Source: Chloroflexota bacterium (GTDB lineage: Bacteria > Chloroflexota > UBA11872). Taken from it: 64,000 nt of DNA. The position numbers and the translations under genes are program-made. Within the stretch, counting starts at the first letter, position 1. Each line of letters begins with the position of its first letter. This document shows, piece by piece, positions 9,995 through 26,473 of the stretch. The stretch lies in the NCBI GenBank assembly GCA_965207185.1, contig OZ242271.1, positions 3,197,086-3,261,085 on the forward strand, given 5' to 3'. Below the pieces are notes generated by a model. That model saw nothing but the letters and a program-made list of their open reading frames with translations, searched no databases and was not told the origin of the DNA.

Positions 9995-10333
9995 CTACGC
10001 CATCCCGTCTTCTACGGTCACGCTAATGTGACCAGAGCGCTTGAGGTACATCCCAACGCGGCCACGCGACCTTGGTCGAAAGCGCCGAAGCGCAGGACCG
10101 TCGTTGACCACGACTGTCTGAATTCGCAACGCATCGCGGTCCAGGGCGTAGTTGTGCTCGGCGTTGGCTGCCGCCGACTTGACCACCTTGGCGATCTCGG
10201 CAGCGGCTCGGTTGGGCATGAACGCCAGTGTAGCCATGGCCTGGTCAATCTCAAGACCAGACAACTCCCGTGCGATCGCCCGTCCGCGCTGGGGCGACAT
10301 GCGCACGTACTTGGCGGTTGCGGAAACCTCCAT
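9995..10333 (-). CDS. rplV: 50S ribosomal protein L22
   Basis: 112 aa: ...AKYVRMSPQRGRAIARELSG...AMATLAFMPNRAA..I.KV.KSA.ANAE.N. Confidence 0.92.
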   Translation of the reverse strand: MEVSATAKYVRMSPQRGRAIARELSGLEIDQAMATLAFMPNRAAAEIAKVVKSAAANAEHNYALDRDALRIQTVVVNDGPALRRFRPRSRGRVGMYLKRSGHISVTVEDGMA

Positions 10334-10336
10334 GGG

Positions 10337-10621
10337 TCAGTGTCCCATCGGCGCCGTAGCGCGTCCGCGCGCATGGCTGCGAAACGTGCGCGTTGGTGCA
10401 AACTCGCCAAGGCGGTGCCCGACCATATTCTCAGAGATATATACGGGAACGTGACGCCGTCCATCGTGGACGGCGATGGTGAGCCCGACCATTTCAGGAT
10501 GAATCACGCTGGCCCGACTCCAGGTGCGGATGACTTGCTTGCGGCGACTGCGTGCGGCTTCGGCAACACGCTTCTCAAGCTTTGGATTGATGTACCAACC
10601 CTTTTTGGTGCTACGTGACAT
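10337..10621 (-). CDS. rpsS: 30S ribosomal protein S19
   Basis: 94 aa: [11 protein letters not shown]...[51 protein letters not shown]. Confidence 0.95.
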   Translation of the reverse strand: MSRSTKKGWYINPKLEKRVAEAARSRRKQVIRTWSRASVIHPEMVGLTIAVHDGRRHVPVYISENMVGHRLGEFAPTRTFRSHARGRATAPMGH

Positions 10622-10627
10622 GCAGTC

Positions 10628-11458
10628 CTACCTATTCCGCCGGCGCACAATGAACTTATCGCTGGGACGCCGCCCGATGCGCGTTCGCCGCCCCTGAGTC
10701 GGCTTGCCCCACGGCGTCTTCGGTCCGGGCATGCCAACCGGCGCCTTGCCCTCGCCGCCGCCGTGCGGATGGTCGCTGGGGTTCATGGCCGCACCCCGCA
10801 CTTGCGGGCGGCGACGACGCCAGCGAATCCGCCCGGCCTTTCCGGCCGACTGGTTACTGTGGTCCACATTCCCCACGCGCCCCACCGTGGCCATGCAGGC
10901 TTGGGACACTTGGCGCATCTCGCCCGACGGCAATCGAAGCGTTGCAAGGCCGCGGTCCTTGGCCATGAGCTGGCACACCATGCCGGCCGAACGCACCAGT
11001 TGGGCGCCGCGTCCAGGGGTCATCTCAACGGCATGCACCTCGGTACCCGCCGGGATGCGGGCCAGTTGCATAGCATTTCCTGGTCGGGGTTCAACGCCTG
11101 GGCCGGAGATGAGCTCGCTGCCTACGTCGATCCCTACGGGCGCCAGGATGTATCGCTTCTCACCGTCGCGATAGTGTAGGAGGGCGATATGCGCCGATCG
11201 ATTCGGGTCGTATTCGACACTGGCCACCACGGCCGGCACCCCAGGCTTGTCACGGCGCCAGTCGATTATTCGGTAGCGCCGCTTCGCGCCGCCACCGCGA
11301 TGTCGCACGGTTATCCGTCCGCTGTTGTTGCGGCCGGCGCGCCTGGCCAGCGGTCGTAGCAGCTTTTTGAGCGGCCGGTCGCCTGACAACTCCGCGTTGT
11401 CAACGGCGACGTAGCCACGTCGACCCGGCGACGTTGGGTTGAAGTTGCGCAGACCCAT
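10628..11458 (-). CDS. rplB: 50S ribosomal protein L2
   Basis: 276 aa containing ...RHRGGG.KRRYR.ID..R.K.G....[26 protein letters not shown]... and the ...HPHGGGEGK... motif. Confidence 0.95.
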   Translation of the reverse strand: MGLRNFNPTSPGRRGYVAVDNAELSGDRPLKKLLRPLARRAGRNNSGRITVRHRGGGAKRRYRIIDWRRDKPGVPAVVASVEYDPNRSAHIALLHYRDGEKRYILAPVGIDVGSELISGPGVEPRPGNAMQLARIPAGTEVHAVEMTPGRGAQLVRSAGMVCQLMAKDRGLATLRLPSGEMRQVSQACMATVGRVGNVDHSNQSAGKAGRIRWRRRRPQVRGAAMNPSDHPHGGGEGKAPVGMPGPKTPWGKPTQGRRTRIGRRPSDKFIVRRRNR

Positions 11459-11461
11459 CGG

Positions 11462-11746
11462 TTAGACCCCTGGCACCACTTCAATGCTGTGGCCCTCGCG
11501 CAAGGTCACCACAGCTTTGCGCCAACTCGGCCGGTGGCCTTGAGAGCGTCCCATACGCCGCGGTTTCCCACGCACGTTCATTACGTTGACCGACAACACC
11601 TCAACGTGAAACATGGCCTCCACGGCGCGCCGAACGGCGTGCTTGGATGCGCCGCTGCGGACCTGGAATACGTACTTTCCGAACTCACTGAGCGCGGTGG
11701 ATTTCTCCGTCACGATTGGGCGTGTGATGACGTCGGCAGGGTTCAT
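11462..11746 (-). CDS. rplW: 50S ribosomal protein L23
   Basis: 94 aa: ...VITRPIVTEKST.L.E.GKYVF.V...A.K..V..AVE..F.V.V.SVN.... Confidence 0.92.
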   Translation of the reverse strand: MNPADVITRPIVTEKSTALSEFGKYVFQVRSGASKHAVRRAVEAMFHVEVLSVNVMNVRGKPRRMGRSQGHRPSWRKAVVTLREGHSIEVVPGV

Positions 11747-12357
11747 GCGCCGACCCGCTGTTGCAGCATATCCAGGGCTGCCTGGCTAGCCACAATGTGA
11801 TCGGCCACTGCGACGGCGTAGAAATTCAGCGAGTCAGCCCGCTCAACGTCCACATTGGGAATATTCTGCGTCGAGCGACGCAACTCCTCTGAGGGGTCAA
11901 CGTCAACCAGCAACACTCGACCAGACAGGCCGGCAGCGTTCAGCCAAGCCGCTCGGTCACGAGTCTTGGGCGAATCCCCCCACGACGCCGCCACGCAAAT
12001 TCGCTCGTCGGCGGCCTTGGCTGCCAAGAGTGCACGTACCGCCCGTCGACGTTCCCGTCGGCTGATTCGTACGCGCGTCCGACCCGGCTTGGGTCCGAAA
12101 GCGACGCCGCCGCCCCTTCGGACTGGCGAGCCGGCGCTACCTGCGCGTGCGCGTCCGGAACCCTTCTGTCGAAAAAGCTTGGCCGTACTTGCCGCAACTT
12201 CGCCGCGACTCTTCGTGTTGGCTGTGGCCTGTCGCTGGTTGGCGGTGTGCACAGTCAGCATGCGCTTCAATAGTTCCGCCGGGGCATCGGCCGAGCCAAA
12301 GCAATCGATGCCCACCGGTGCGAGCGCCACTGGGGATGCAGCTTCGGCAACCATCAA
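11743..12357 (-). CDS. rplD: 50S ribosomal protein L4
   Basis: 204 aa with ...FRQKGSGRARAGS..SP..RGGGVAFGPKP.. Confidence 0.92.
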   Translation of the reverse strand: MMVAEAASPVALAPVGIDCFGSADAPAELLKRMLTVHTANQRQATANTKSRGEVAASTAKLFRQKGSGRARAGSAGSPVRRGGGVAFGPKPGRTRVRISRRERRRAVRALLAAKAADERICVAASWGDSPKTRDRAAWLNAAGLSGRVLLVDVDPSEELRRSTQNIPNVDVERADSLNFYAVAVADHIVASQAALDMLQQRVGA

Positions 12358-12995
12358 TCCGCTCTCCGACCTGACGTGAGGACCGGTCGAATAGCCACCA
12401 CCGTATCGCGCGCTCCAGGAACCGCCCCAACCACCAGGACCAAGCCGCGTTCAACGTCGACCTTTGCCACCGTCAGGTTACGGGCCGTCGTTCGGGCGCC
12501 ACCCATTCGCCCGGCCATGCGAGTCCCCTTGAAGACCCGACTGGGTGACGTTCCAGCACCGATCGATCCCGGAGCGCGTTCGCGGTCAGACTGTCCGTGG
12601 GTCCGCTTTCCGCCCCTGAACCCGTGACGCTTCACCACGCCCGCAAACCCTTTCCCCTTGGACGTACTGATCACGTCAACCCTTGAACCGAGATCGACGT
12701 TTGCAACTGTCAACTCATCGCCCACCGAAAGGTCTGAAGGGCCAACGGTCCGAAATTCGCGAAGGATTCGGTAGGCCGGAAGACGGCCGAGGTGACCGCG
12801 CTCGGCACGCGTAAGCCGGCGCTCCGGCACTTGGTCGAATCCGAGCTGAACCGCCGAATAGCCATTGCTGGCCGCGGTTCGCACTTGCGTGACGTGACAA
12901 GGGCCAGCCTGAATTACCGACACGCCAAATGCACGACCCTGCTCGTCGAATATCTGCGTCATGCCGAGTTTGCGGCCAATCAATCCTACGGACAT
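12354..12995 (-). CDS. rplC: 50S ribosomal protein L3
   Basis: 213 aa: MSVGLIGRKLGMTQIFDEQGRAFGVSVIQAGPC.VTQV... Confidence 0.95.
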   Translation of the reverse strand: MSVGLIGRKLGMTQIFDEQGRAFGVSVIQAGPCHVTQVRTAASNGYSAVQLGFDQVPERRLTRAERGHLGRLPAYRILREFRTVGPSDLSVGDELTVANVDLGSRVDVISTSKGKGFAGVVKRHGFRGGKRTHGQSDRERAPGSIGAGTSPSRVFKGTRMAGRMGGARTTARNLTVAKVDVERGLVLVVGAVPGARDTVVAIRPVLTSGRRAD

Positions 12996-12997
12996 GG

Positions 12998-13390
12998 CTA
13001 TGACTTCAACTCAATGTCAACTCCCGCGGCCAACTGCAGCCGCAGGAGTTCGTCCATCGTTTGAGGTGTTGGATCGATGACGTCAATCAGGCGCTTGTGC
13101 GTCCGCATTTCGAATTGCTCACGCGAGTCCTTGTCGATGAACGGCGAGCGAATCACCGTCCAGGTCTTGCGCTCGGTAGGAAGCGGAATCGGCCCACGCA
13201 CATCGGCGCCCGTCCGCCCCGCCGTTTCGATGATGCGGCGGGCTGCGTCGTCCAGTACGCGGTGGTCATAAGCCTTCAAGCGAATACGGATCCGCTGCGT
13301 GGGCGACTGACGCCGCGGGCGTGCCGGCGCACGCCGACCAGCGGCTTCTATGGGAGCCGGCCGCGGGGGTCGAGCGCGCGCTTGTGCCAT
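12998..13390 (-). CDS. rpsJ: 30S ribosomal protein S10 (with roughly 27-aa Arg/Pro-rich N-terminal extension)
   Basis: Core [16 protein letters not shown]......[37 protein letters not shown]... I found no in-frame alternative start between ATG 13390 and the core. Confidence 0.88.
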   Translation of the reverse strand: MAQARARPPRPAPIEAAGRRAPARPRRQSPTQRIRIRLKAYDHRVLDDAARRIIETAGRTGADVRGPIPLPTERKTWTVIRSPFIDKDSREQFEMRTHKRLIDVIDPTPQTMDELLRLQLAAGVDIELKS

Positions 13391-13393
13391 TGG

Positions 13394-14596
13394 TTACTTG
13401 ACGATGCTCGTCACGACGCCCGCACCGACGGTCACGCCGCCTTCACGAATCGCGAAATTCACGCCGTCTTCCAGCGCGATCGGCTGGTGCAGGCGAACAG
13501 TCATTTCCACGTTGTCGCCGGGCACAACCATTTCAGTCCCCTGCGGCAATTCGATTTCGCCGGTCACGTCCGTGGTTCGAATGTAGAACTGCGGTCGATA
13601 CCCGCTGAAAAATGGCGTGTGACGGCCGCCCTCGTCTCGGGTGAGCACGTAGACCTGGGCCAAGAACTCGGTGTGCGGCGTAATCGAGCCGGTCTTGGCC
13701 AGCACCATTCCGCGCTCAACCTCGTCACGCTCAATCCCACGCAGGAGGCAACCGACATTGTCGCCTGCGACTCCCTCGTCGAGCGTCTTGCGAAACATCT
13801 CAACGCCGGTGACAACTCGCTGGTCGATCTCCGAGCGCATGCCGACAATGTCGATCTGCTCGCCTGCCGTGACCTTGCCGCGCTCCACGCGGCCCGTCAC
13901 TACCGTGCCACGGCCCTTGATCCCAAACACGTCTTCAACCGGCATCAGGAATGGTTGATCAATTGGACGCTCGGGTTGCGGGATATACGAGTCCACGGCC
14001 TCCATCAGCTCGATGATCGGCTGGTATTCGGGCGCGTCCAGATCAGTGCTCTCGGATTCCAGCGCCAGCAGCGCACTGCCGGGAATAATCGGCGCGTTGT
14101 CTCCGTCGAAGTCGTACTTATTCAGCAAGTCCCGAAGCTCGAGTTCGACGAGCTCTAGCAATTCCTCATCCTCGACGATGTCCGCCTTGTTGAGGAACAC
14201 CACAACCGCCGGCACATCCACTTGGCGCGCCAGTAGCACGTGCTCGTAGGTCTGTGGCATCGGGCCGTCGTCCGCACCGACGACCAGGATCGCGCCGTCC
14301 ATCTGAGCTGCACCGGTGATCATGTTCTTGATGTAGTCCCGGTGGCCTGGGGCGTCAATGTGCGCGTAGTGCCGACTTTCAGTCTCGTACTCGGCGTGCG
14401 TGATCGAAATCGTGATTCCGCGCTCCTTCTCCTCCGGTGCGCGGTCGATCTCGTCGAAGGCCATGAAATCGGCCAGGTTCTTGTACGAAAGAACCTTCGT
14501 AATTGCGGCGGTGAGCGTCGTCTTGCCGTGGTCGACGTGCCCAATCGTGCCGACGTTCACGTGCGGCTTCGTTCGTTCAAAGTGTTGGCGTGCCAT
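13394..14596 (-). CDS. tuf: elongation factor Tu
   Basis: 400 aa: [33 protein letters not shown]...NKAD...; full three-domain EF-Tu. Confidence 0.97.
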   Translation of the reverse strand: MARQHFERTKPHVNVGTIGHVDHGKTTLTAAITKVLSYKNLADFMAFDEIDRAPEEKERGITISITHAEYETESRHYAHIDAPGHRDYIKNMITGAAQMDGAILVVGADDGPMPQTYEHVLLARQVDVPAVVVFLNKADIVEDEELLELVELELRDLLNKYDFDGDNAPIIPGSALLALESESTDLDAPEYQPIIELMEAVDSYIPQPERPIDQPFLMPVEDVFGIKGRGTVVTGRVERGKVTAGEQIDIVGMRSEIDQRVVTGVEMFRKTLDEGVAGDNVGCLLRGIERDEVERGMVLAKTGSITPHTEFLAQVYVLTRDEGGRHTPFFSGYRPQFYIRTTDVTGEIELPQGTEMVVPGDNVEMTVRLHQPIALEDGVNFAIREGGVTVGAGVVTSIVK

Positions 14597-14625
14597 TCGC
14601 TCCTGTGCTCCTGCGCAGTACGCGG

Positions 14626-16698
14626 TTACGAAACCGGCGTCAGACGGCCATCCGCGGTACCCGCTCGTTGAGTCACCGCGTAGTGGGAAAACTCCATGGA
14701 AAACGTCCCGCGACCCTGGGTCGCCGAACGCAACTCGTTAGCGTACCCGAACATTGTCGCCAGCGGTACTTCGGCCGTGATGATGTGCGATCCGCTGCGC
14801 ATGTCCGCACCGTGAATGGTGCCCCGCTTGGCGGCCAGACCAGCCAACGTGTCGCCCACGTAGTCCTCCGGTACCACAACCTGGACACCCATCATCGGCT
14901 CCATCACGTCGGTCCGAGCCCGATTGAGCGCGTCCTCCACGGCCATGGCGCCGGCGATTTCGAATGCGAGTTCTGAAGAGTCGACGTCGTGGTACGACCC
15001 ATCCACCAGCGTTATGCGTACGTCAGTGACTTCCATACCCTGCGGCCCGCTTGTCAACCGACGCGCGGCCCCGCGCTCGGCGGCTGGAATGAACTGCACT
15101 GGAATAGCGCCTCCGACAATGCGACGTTCAATCTGAACTCCGGTGCCCAGAGGTAGCGGTTCGAGTTCAACCGTGACATCTCCGTACTGCCCACGTCCGC
15201 CGGTCTGACGCACGAAGCGCCCGCGCCCGGTGGTTTCCTTGCGCGGTCGCTCCCGATACGACACTTGCGGCCGCCCAACATTGGCGCCCACGCGGTACTC
15301 ACGCAGCAGCCGGTCCACGATGACCTCAAGATGCAACTCACCCATCCCCGCAATCAGCGTTTGTCCAGTCTCTTCGTTGGCGCTAATCCGAAATGTCGGG
15401 TCTTCCTCACCAAGACGCCGCAGCGCATCGATGATCTTGTCCTGGTCGCCCCGGCTCTTTGGCTCGATCGCGATAGTGACCACCGGCTCTGGGAAGCTGA
15501 TGGATTCCAGTTGCAGGGGGTATTTGGGATCCGTCAGGGTATCCCCGGTGTTGGTCGAGCGGACACCGACGGCGGCCAGAATGTCGCCGTAGCGGATCGT
15601 CTCCGACACTTCCTCACGCTTGTCGGCGTGCATGCGAAGCACTCGCGACAGACGCTCCCGCTTGCCGGCGGTGGTGTTGAGCACCGTACCGCCAGGCTCG
15701 ATCGAGCCCGAGTACACCCGGAAATACGCCAGCTTGCCGGCATGTGGATCAGCCACGATCTTGAAGGCAATCGCCGTGAACGGATCATCCTCAGCCGATC
15801 GGCGCTGTTCCTCCGCGCCAGTCTTGGGGTTGATTCCAGTCACTGGCGGAACATCTAGCGGCGAAGGCAAATAGGTCGTGATCGCGTCGAGCAACGACTC
15901 GATTCCCTTGTTTCGCAACGCGGATCCCATGAGTACCGGAACCCCCTGCGCTCGAACCGTCATTTCACGCAGGGCTGCCCTGAGTTCACCGTTGCTCAGA
16001 TCCTCGCCATCGAGATACTTGACGGCCACGTCGTCATCGAGTTCGGCCAGCGCCTCAACCATCCGCTCACGCGCTTCCAGGGCGGGTGCTTCAAGCTCAG
16101 GCGGAATCGGGCCTCGTACGGGCGCCGCGAGACGGTCCTGCGACCAGCGAATGGCCTGCATGGTCACCAGATCGACCACACCTTCAAAATCCGCTTCAAA
16201 GCCAATTGGGATCTGGATGGGCACGGGATTGGCGCCAAGACGGTCGCGAATCGAATCGACCGTTGCGTCAAAGTCCGCGCCGCGCCGGTCCATCTTGTTG
16301 ATGAAGGCCACTCGTGGAACGCTATATCGGTCAGCCTGCCGCCAGACGGTTTCCGACTGTGGTTCAACGCCATTGACCGCATCAAACACGACGACACCAC
16401 CATCGAGGACACGCAACGAGCGCTCCACTTCAGCGGTGAAGTCAACGTGGCCTGGCGTATCGATAATGTTGATCCTGTGATCGTTCCAGGACGCCGTGGT
16501 AGCGGCGGCCACAATCGTGATGCCGCGCTCGCGTTCCTGCGCCATCCAGTCCATCTGGGCATTGCCGTCGTGCACCTCGCCCACGCGGTGAATCCGGCCG
16601 CAAAAGAACAGAATGCGTTCGGTGGTGGTCGTCTTGCCGGCGTCGATGTGCGCAATGATCCCGATGTTGCGGGTACGCGAAATATCCAGGGTGTTCAT
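14626..16698 (-). CDS. fusA: elongation factor G
   Basis: 690 aa: ...[20 protein letters not shown]...DTPGHVDF... with five-domain EF-G length. Confidence 0.97.
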   Translation of the reverse strand: MNTLDISRTRNIGIIAHIDAGKTTTTERILFFCGRIHRVGEVHDGNAQMDWMAQERERGITIVAAATTASWNDHRINIIDTPGHVDFTAEVERSLRVLDGGVVVFDAVNGVEPQSETVWRQADRYSVPRVAFINKMDRRGADFDATVDSIRDRLGANPVPIQIPIGFEADFEGVVDLVTMQAIRWSQDRLAAPVRGPIPPELEAPALEARERMVEALAELDDDVAVKYLDGEDLSNGELRAALREMTVRAQGVPVLMGSALRNKGIESLLDAITTYLPSPLDVPPVTGINPKTGAEEQRRSAEDDPFTAIAFKIVADPHAGKLAYFRVYSGSIEPGGTVLNTTAGKRERLSRVLRMHADKREEVSETIRYGDILAAVGVRSTNTGDTLTDPKYPLQLESISFPEPVVTIAIEPKSRGDQDKIIDALRRLGEEDPTFRISANEETGQTLIAGMGELHLEVIVDRLLREYRVGANVGRPQVSYRERPRKETTGRGRFVRQTGGRGQYGDVTVELEPLPLGTGVQIERRIVGGAIPVQFIPAAERGAARRLTSGPQGMEVTDVRITLVDGSYHDVDSSELAFEIAGAMAVEDALNRARTDVMEPMMGVQVVVPEDYVGDTLAGLAAKRGTIHGADMRSGSHIITAEVPLATMFGYANELRSATQGRGTFSMEFSHYAVTQRAGTADGRLTPVS

Positions 16699-16730
16699 GG
16701 TCCTCGTGTTTCGGGATTCAGGCAGACGGG

Positions 16731-17201
16731 CTAATACGCGTAAATCGCGAACGCTCGGTTCGCTTCCGCCATCCGGTGCATTTCATCACGCCGGCGCACG
16801 GCGCCGCCCTGTCCGTCCGCAGCCTCCATGAGTTCAGCCGCCAGGCGGTCGGACATAGAACGGCCGCCGCGGTTACGGGAGGCGTCGATCAACCAGCGTA
16901 CGGCCAGGGAATAGCGCCGGTCTCCGCGGATTTCCACGGGAACCTGGTAGTTGGCGCCACCAACGCGACGGGGCTTGACTTCGATCTGGGGCATGGCATT
17001 ACGGACGGCGGCCTCGAACACGTCGATTGCTGACGCACCGGTACGTCCTTCGATGACATCGAAGGCGCTATAGACGATCCGCTGCGAAAGCGACTTCTTG
17101 CCGTTATGCATGATCTTGTTGATGAACCGCTGCACAGTGCGGTTATTGAATCGCGGATCGGGCGGAATCACCCGACGCTCTGGGCGCTTACGGCGCGGCA
17201 T
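16731..17201 (-). CDS. rpsG: 30S ribosomal protein S7
   Basis: 156 aa: [30 protein letters not shown]......V... Confidence 0.95.
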   Translation of the reverse strand: MPRRKRPERRVIPPDPRFNNRTVQRFINKIMHNGKKSLSQRIVYSAFDVIEGRTGASAIDVFEAAVRNAMPQIEVKPRRVGGANYQVPVEIRGDRRYSLAVRWLIDASRNRGGRSMSDRLAAELMEAADGQGGAVRRRDEMHRMAEANRAFAIYAY

Positions 17202-17270
17202 CAGGCGTTACTCATCCGCTGGGTGGCGACTGTGGTCAACGTCATCGGCAAATGCGTTCGTATCTGCGGG

Positions 17271-17684
17271 CTATGCGCCGCGCTTCGCGCCGTACTTGGA
17301 TCGGCTGCGTCGCCGTCCCTCAACGCCGTCGGCGTCGAGCGTTCCGCGCACGACGTGATAGCGCACGCCCGGCAGATCACGAACGCGCCCACCGCGAATC
17401 AAGACCACCGAGTGCTCCTGAAGCCGATGGCCTTCGCCCGGAATGTAGGCCGTGACTTCGATCCCGTTCGAGAGCCGAACTCGCGCCACTTTTCGCAGCG
17501 CCGAATTGGGCTTCTTTGGCGTAACCGTGCGCACCAACGTGCACACACCGCGCTTCTGAGGCGAGCCATCGCTCCACTGCATGCGCCGCCGCAAGCCGTT
17601 GTACGAGTAATGCAGCGCTGGCGCCTTGAGCTTGCTGCGACGTTTCTTGCGCCCTTTGCGGACGAGTTGGTTGATCGTGGGCAC
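17271..17684 (-). CDS. rpsL: 30S ribosomal protein S12 (GTG start; roughly 14-aa internal insertion)
   Basis: The ORF runs to 17750, but the S12 N-terminus (V/M)[11 protein letters not shown] begins at GTG 17684-17682. The core ...[69 protein letters not shown] matches S12. [17 protein letters not shown] is an insertion relative to E. coli and Thermus S12. Confidence 0.85.
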   Translation of the reverse strand: MPTINQLVRKGRKKRRSKLKAPALHYSYNGLRRRMQWSDGSPQKRGVCTLVRTVTPKKPNSALRKVARVRLSNGIEVTAYIPGEGHRLQEHSVVLIRGGRVRDLPGVRYHVVRGTLDADGVEGRRRSRSKYGAKRGA

Positions 17685-17756
17685 GACGTGACCTAGGGAT
17701 CCCTTACACAGAAAAGGCGCGGCAGCACAGAACCAGCCGCGATGTGTCAAAGCCTA

Positions 17757-22400
<4,644 letters not shown>

Positions 22401-22414
22401 TCGTTCGGGTCCCC

Positions 22415-25400
22415 CTAGAGGCGGTATTCACGGCCCTGGATGTTGATGCCATCCAGGTCGGGCAGTTGGTCGTGCATGTGTTCGCCGACCAGCGCGATTT
22501 CCTCCTCGGCGTCGTCCAGGATGTCCACGGAAACGCCAAGGCTTTGCAGTTCCTTCACCAGCACCCGGAACGACTCCGGGATGCCGGGTTCGAGGATGGT
22601 TTCGCCTTTCACAATGGCTTCGTAGGTCTTGACACGGCCGAGAATGTCGTCGGACTTAACCGTCAGCATCTCCTGCAGCGTGTGCGCCGCCCCGTAGGCC
22701 TCCAGCGCCCAGACCTCCATCTCGCCGAAGCGCTGCCCACCCATCTGTGCCTTGCCGCCGAGCGGTTGCTGCGTGATGAGTGAGTACGGTCCGGTCGATC
22801 TGGCGTGAATCTTGTCGTCCACCATGTGACCAAGCTTCATCATGTAGATGACGCCAACGGTCACTTCCTGGTCGAATGCCTCGCCCGTGCGCCCGTCGTA
22901 CAAGACGGCCTTGCCATCGGCCGGCAAGCCGGCTTCCTGCAGCGCATCGGCAATAACGTCTTCATCGGCACTGTCGAAGACCGGGCTGATGGCACGAAAG
23001 CCAATCTTGTCGGCGGCCCACCCAAGGTGCGTTTCCAACGTCTGGCCCACGTTCATACGCGACGCGACGCCCAGCGGGTTGAGAATGATGTCGACCGGGG
23101 TCCCGTCCGCCAGGTAGGGCATGTCTTCCTGCGGAAGAATCATTGAAATGACGCCCTTGTTGCCGTGACGGCCCGCCATCTTGTCGCCAACCATCAGCTT
23201 GCGCTTCGAGGCCACGCTGACCCGGATCATCTCGGTCACGCCGGCCTGAAGATCGTCGCCCTCCTCCGCTGAGAACCGGCGAACATCGATCACGCGGCCG
23301 TACTCGCCAGCCGGCACGTGCTTCGAGGTGTCCTTCACTTCCCGGGCGTCGCGACCAAATATCGCGCGCAACAGGCGGTCCTCACCCGAGAGTTCGGTTT
23401 CGCCCTTGGGCGTGATCTTGCCGACCAGAACGTCGTCCGGCCCAACCTCGGCGCCCACGTACACCACGCCGGTGTCGTCCAGGTTCCGAAGGGCCTCCTC
23501 GTTCTGATTCGGAATGTCGCGGGTGATTTCTTCGGCTCCCAGCTTCGTGTCTCGCGCCTCCACCTCGTACTTCTCGATGTGGATCGACGTAAAGACGTCA
23601 TCCTTCAGCAAGCGCTCGCTCACGACGATGGCGTCTTCGTAGTTGCCGCCCTCCCAGAACATGAAGGCCACCACGATATTCTGGCCCAGGGCGATCATGC
23701 CGTCGGCCGTGGCCATGCTCTCGGCAATCGGCTGACCGGGCACCACCGTGTCGCCGGCAGCCACTACCGGCCGCTGGCTGATGCACGTGGCGGTATTAGA
23801 GCGATCGAACTTTCGGAGGCGGTAGCTTCGTTCGCCGTCGGCGTCGCCATGGTCGATCGTGATCTCTCGCGAGGTCACGTGTTTCACCGTGCCGTCGGCA
23901 GCGGCCAGCAGCATGTGCCCGGAGTCGCGCGCGGTGACCTCCTCAATACCGGTGGCCACGAGCGGCGCGACTGGCTTGATCAATGGCACGGCCTGTCGCT
24001 GCATGTTGGCGCCCATAAGCGCGCGATTGGCGTCGTCATGCTCGAGAAACGGAATCATGGCCGTCGCCAGGCTGACGATCTGCTGCGGCGACGAGTCCAG
24101 GTATTCAACCTCGCTCGCGTCTGCCTCGTGGAAGTTCGGACCCTCTCGAACCGAGACACGCTCAAGTTCAATCTCGTTTTTTGCATTGAGTCGGGTCTTG
24201 GCCTGAGCAATCGTGTGGCGCTCTTCTTCGTCGGCTGCCAGGTATTCGATCTCGTCGGTCACGACAGGCCGGATACGAACGCTCAACTTCTCCGCGCCGT
24301 CCATCTGGCCAATGGCGGCCGCGAGGGCTTCGTCGATCACGTCGCCAGCCTGCGCCAGCAACTCACCCTTTCCGTTCGAGCCGAAGGGTTCGGCCACGGT
24401 CCTGCCGATCAGCCCGTCAGTGTCGGTGGCGGGCACGCGGGTGATCACGCGGCGGTAGGGCGTCTCGATGAATCCGTAGGAGTTGACACGTGCAAGGGTC
24501 GCCAGGGTGTTGATCAGGCCGATGTTCGGGCCTTCCGGCGTCTCGATCGGACAGACGCGTCCGTAGTGGCTGTAGTGCACGTCGCGCACGTCAAAGCCGG
24601 CGCGCTCCCTCGAGAGGCCGCCAGGCCCCATGGCGCTTAGCCGCCGCTTGTGGGCAAGTTCCGCCATCGGGTTGGCTTGATCCATGAACTGGGAAAGTTG
24701 GCTTCCGCCGAAAAACTCCTTCACGGCGGCGGTCACGGGCCGTGTGTTGATCAGCCCGGACGGCGTGGCTTCCGCCGCGTTCTGAATGCTCATTCGCTCC
24801 TTGATCACGCGCTCCATGCGAAGCAGACCGACACGAAACTGGTCGGCCAGCAATTCGCCAACGGCGCGGACGCGTCGGTTGCCCAGATGGTCGATGTGGT
24901 CAGGCATGCCCTGCGTCACGTTCAGGTGCACGATCTCGCGCACGATGGCAACCAGGTCATTCGGCTCAAGCGTGCGCGTGGCCTCGTCCGTCTCGATTTG
25001 GAGGCGCTTGTTCAGCTTGTAGCGTCCGACCGGCCCCAAGTCGTAGCGTCGCTTCTCGAAGAAAGTCTGCTCGATCAACGAGCGGGCGTTGTCAACCGTG
25101 GCTGGATCGCCGGGGCGCAATCGGCCGTAGAGGCGAATCAGAGCTTCGTCGGTATTGAACACCCCGTCGCGGCGATCTTCTTCGATCGTCGTTTCGATGA
25201 ACCGATGCTCCGGGTCGGCATCAACGTCGGTAAACGCTTCGAGCAGCGCCCCGTCTTCACTCAAAGTCGGCTCGATCGCACGGAGAAACGTGGTCACCGG
25301 CAGCTTTCGCTTGCGATCGATCTTCACGTTCACCACGGACTGATTGCTCGTCTCGAATTCCAGCCACGCGCCACGCTTAGGAATGAGCTTGGCGCCAAAG

Positions 25401-25876
25401 CGCCGGCGGCCGGTGGCCGGATCGATCTCCGCGGAGAAATAGACGCCGGGCGATCGCACCAACTGGCTCACGACCACCCGCTCGGCGCCGTTGTAGACGA
25501 AGGTGCCTTGGCGTGTCATGAGCGGGAAGTCGCCCATGTACACGACCATTTCCTTGATTTCACCGGTCTGCTTGTTGTGCAGACGCGCCTTTACACGCAG
25601 GGGCGCCTGATAGGTCCGGTCCTGTTCGCGGCACTCTTCTTCGCTGTACTTCGGCTCGTCGAACGCGTCGTCCGGCACTTCAAAGTGCAGTTCCAGGTTC
25701 TTCCCTGTGAAGTCTTGGATCGGCGAGATCTCGGCGAACAGCTCGTGCAGGTATTCGTCCCTGAATCGTTCGAACGATTCGAGTTGGGTGGAGACGAGGT
25801 GCGGCATTTCCAGGATGCTCGGGACGCGCCCATAGTGCCGTTCGTCAAGGCCCGAAGTCGTGCCGTTTGAACTCAT
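22415..25876 (-). CDS. rpoB: DNA-directed RNA polymerase subunit beta
   Basis: 1153 aa with conserved beta regions. SD-like GGGAGCAGG roughly 8 nt upstream of ATG 25876. Confidence 0.97.
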   Translation of the reverse strand: MSSNGTTSGLDERHYGRVPSILEMPHLVSTQLESFERFRDEYLHELFAEISPIQDFTGKNLELHFEVPDDAFDEPKYSEEECREQDRTYQAPLRVKARLHNKQTGEIKEMVVYMGDFPLMTRQGTFVYNGAERVVVSQLVRSPGVYFSAEIDPATGRRRFGAKLIPKRGAWLEFETSNQSVVNVKIDRKRKLPVTTFLRAIEPTLSEDGALLEAFTDVDADPEHRFIETTIEEDRRDGVFNTDEALIRLYGRLRPGDPATVDNARSLIEQTFFEKRRYDLGPVGRYKLNKRLQIETDEATRTLEPNDLVAIVREIVHLNVTQGMPDHIDHLGNRRVRAVGELLADQFRVGLLRMERVIKERMSIQNAAEATPSGLINTRPVTAAVKEFFGGSQLSQFMDQANPMAELAHKRRLSAMGPGGLSRERAGFDVRDVHYSHYGRVCPIETPEGPNIGLINTLATLARVNSYGFIETPYRRVITRVPATDTDGLIGRTVAEPFGSNGKGELLAQAGDVIDEALAAAIGQMDGAEKLSVRIRPVVTDEIEYLAADEEERHTIAQAKTRLNAKNEIELERVSVREGPNFHEADASEVEYLDSSPQQIVSLATAMIPFLEHDDANRALMGANMQRQAVPLIKPVAPLVATGIEEVTARDSGHMLLAAADGTVKHVTSREITIDHGDADGERSYRLRKFDRSNTATCISQRPVVAAGDTVVPGQPIAESMATADGMIALGQNIVVAFMFWEGGNYEDAIVVSERLLKDDVFTSIHIEKYEVEARDTKLGAEEITRDIPNQNEEALRNLDDTGVVYVGAEVGPDDVLVGKITPKGETELSGEDRLLRAIFGRDAREVKDTSKHVPAGEYGRVIDVRRFSAEEGDDLQAGVTEMIRVSVASKRKLMVGDKMAGRHGNKGVISMILPQEDMPYLADGTPVDIILNPLGVASRMNVGQTLETHLGWAADKIGFRAISPVFDSADEDVIADALQEAGLPADGKAVLYDGRTGEAFDQEVTVGVIYMMKLGHMVDDKIHARSTGPYSLITQQPLGGKAQMGGQRFGEMEVWALEAYGAAHTLQEMLTVKSDDILGRVKTYEAIVKGETILEPGIPESFRVLVKELQSLGVSVDILDDAEEEIALVGEHMHDQLPDLDGINIQGREYRL

Positions 25877-26098
25877 GAATCGCCTGCTCCCTAGGTCTGC
25901 GACGAACGGAATCGATAGCGCCCGTCGACGCCGCAGTCGCGACGCACCGTACGGGCCTTCCCATGCAACGAACCGTGGGGCCGGTAGGAAAACGCAGTGC
26001 GCCGACGTAGGCAGGCCGCCGTCATCAGAGAACCCTGCGACAAAACTGCGTCAGCGCGTCACATCCGTTTTCGAATAGGTACACGTTGGTCGCAAGGC

Positions 26099-26129
26099 AC
26101 AAAAACCCAACCGGCTGTCGCCGGTTGGG
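26099..26129 (-). terminator. rho-independent terminator (closes the upstream grpE-dnaJ-prmA-HIT unit, ahead of the rpoB promoter region)
   Basis: Perfect 10-bp stem cccaaccggc/gccggttggg with loop tgtc at 26106-26129. On the minus strand it is followed by UUUUUGU (fwd acaaaaa 26099-26105). Confidence 0.7.
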
Positions 26130-26473
26130 CAGCGTCTATTCAGTTGACTCGCGACCGTGCGGTTATTCGGGCACCCCCACGTTGAACTGAAGGATACCAC
26201 GTCAACGCCGACGCGCCAAGCCTGGGGAACGGGCGACGGCGATCCCGCATGCTGCCCGCGCACGCGGGAATCCACTCCCGCCTGCCCCCGTACCAAGGGA
26301 CTCCCGCAGGTATCGACGGACCACGGGCCCCCACGCCGCATTGAGCCACCAAAGCGACCTGCAACCCAAGCCTCCGGCCGGCTACGTCGCACACTCATGG
26401 TCGCCCCCTCGAGCCGTTCGGCTCTTGAGATTCGACCATCTCCGCCTCGCACGCCCGGAGCATGTGACCGTTG

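Noticed and set aside
13061-14158. 365-aa plus-strand ORF, with similar long plus-strand ORFs at 19047-20381, 23318-24640, 24650-25870, 28374-29264, 52748-55261, 55128-56603 and 57422-58822
   Set aside because: All lie antisense to strongly identified genes (tuf, rpoC, rpoB, dnaJ, dnaK, lon, the hypothetical). They encode Arg/Pro/Gly-rich low-complexity products, which are typical high-GC antisense artefacts.
26051-26452. 133-aa minus-strand ORF in the rpoB upstream region
   Set aside because: Arg/Gly-rich, and the reading frame passes directly through a perfect terminator hairpin. More likely non-coding.
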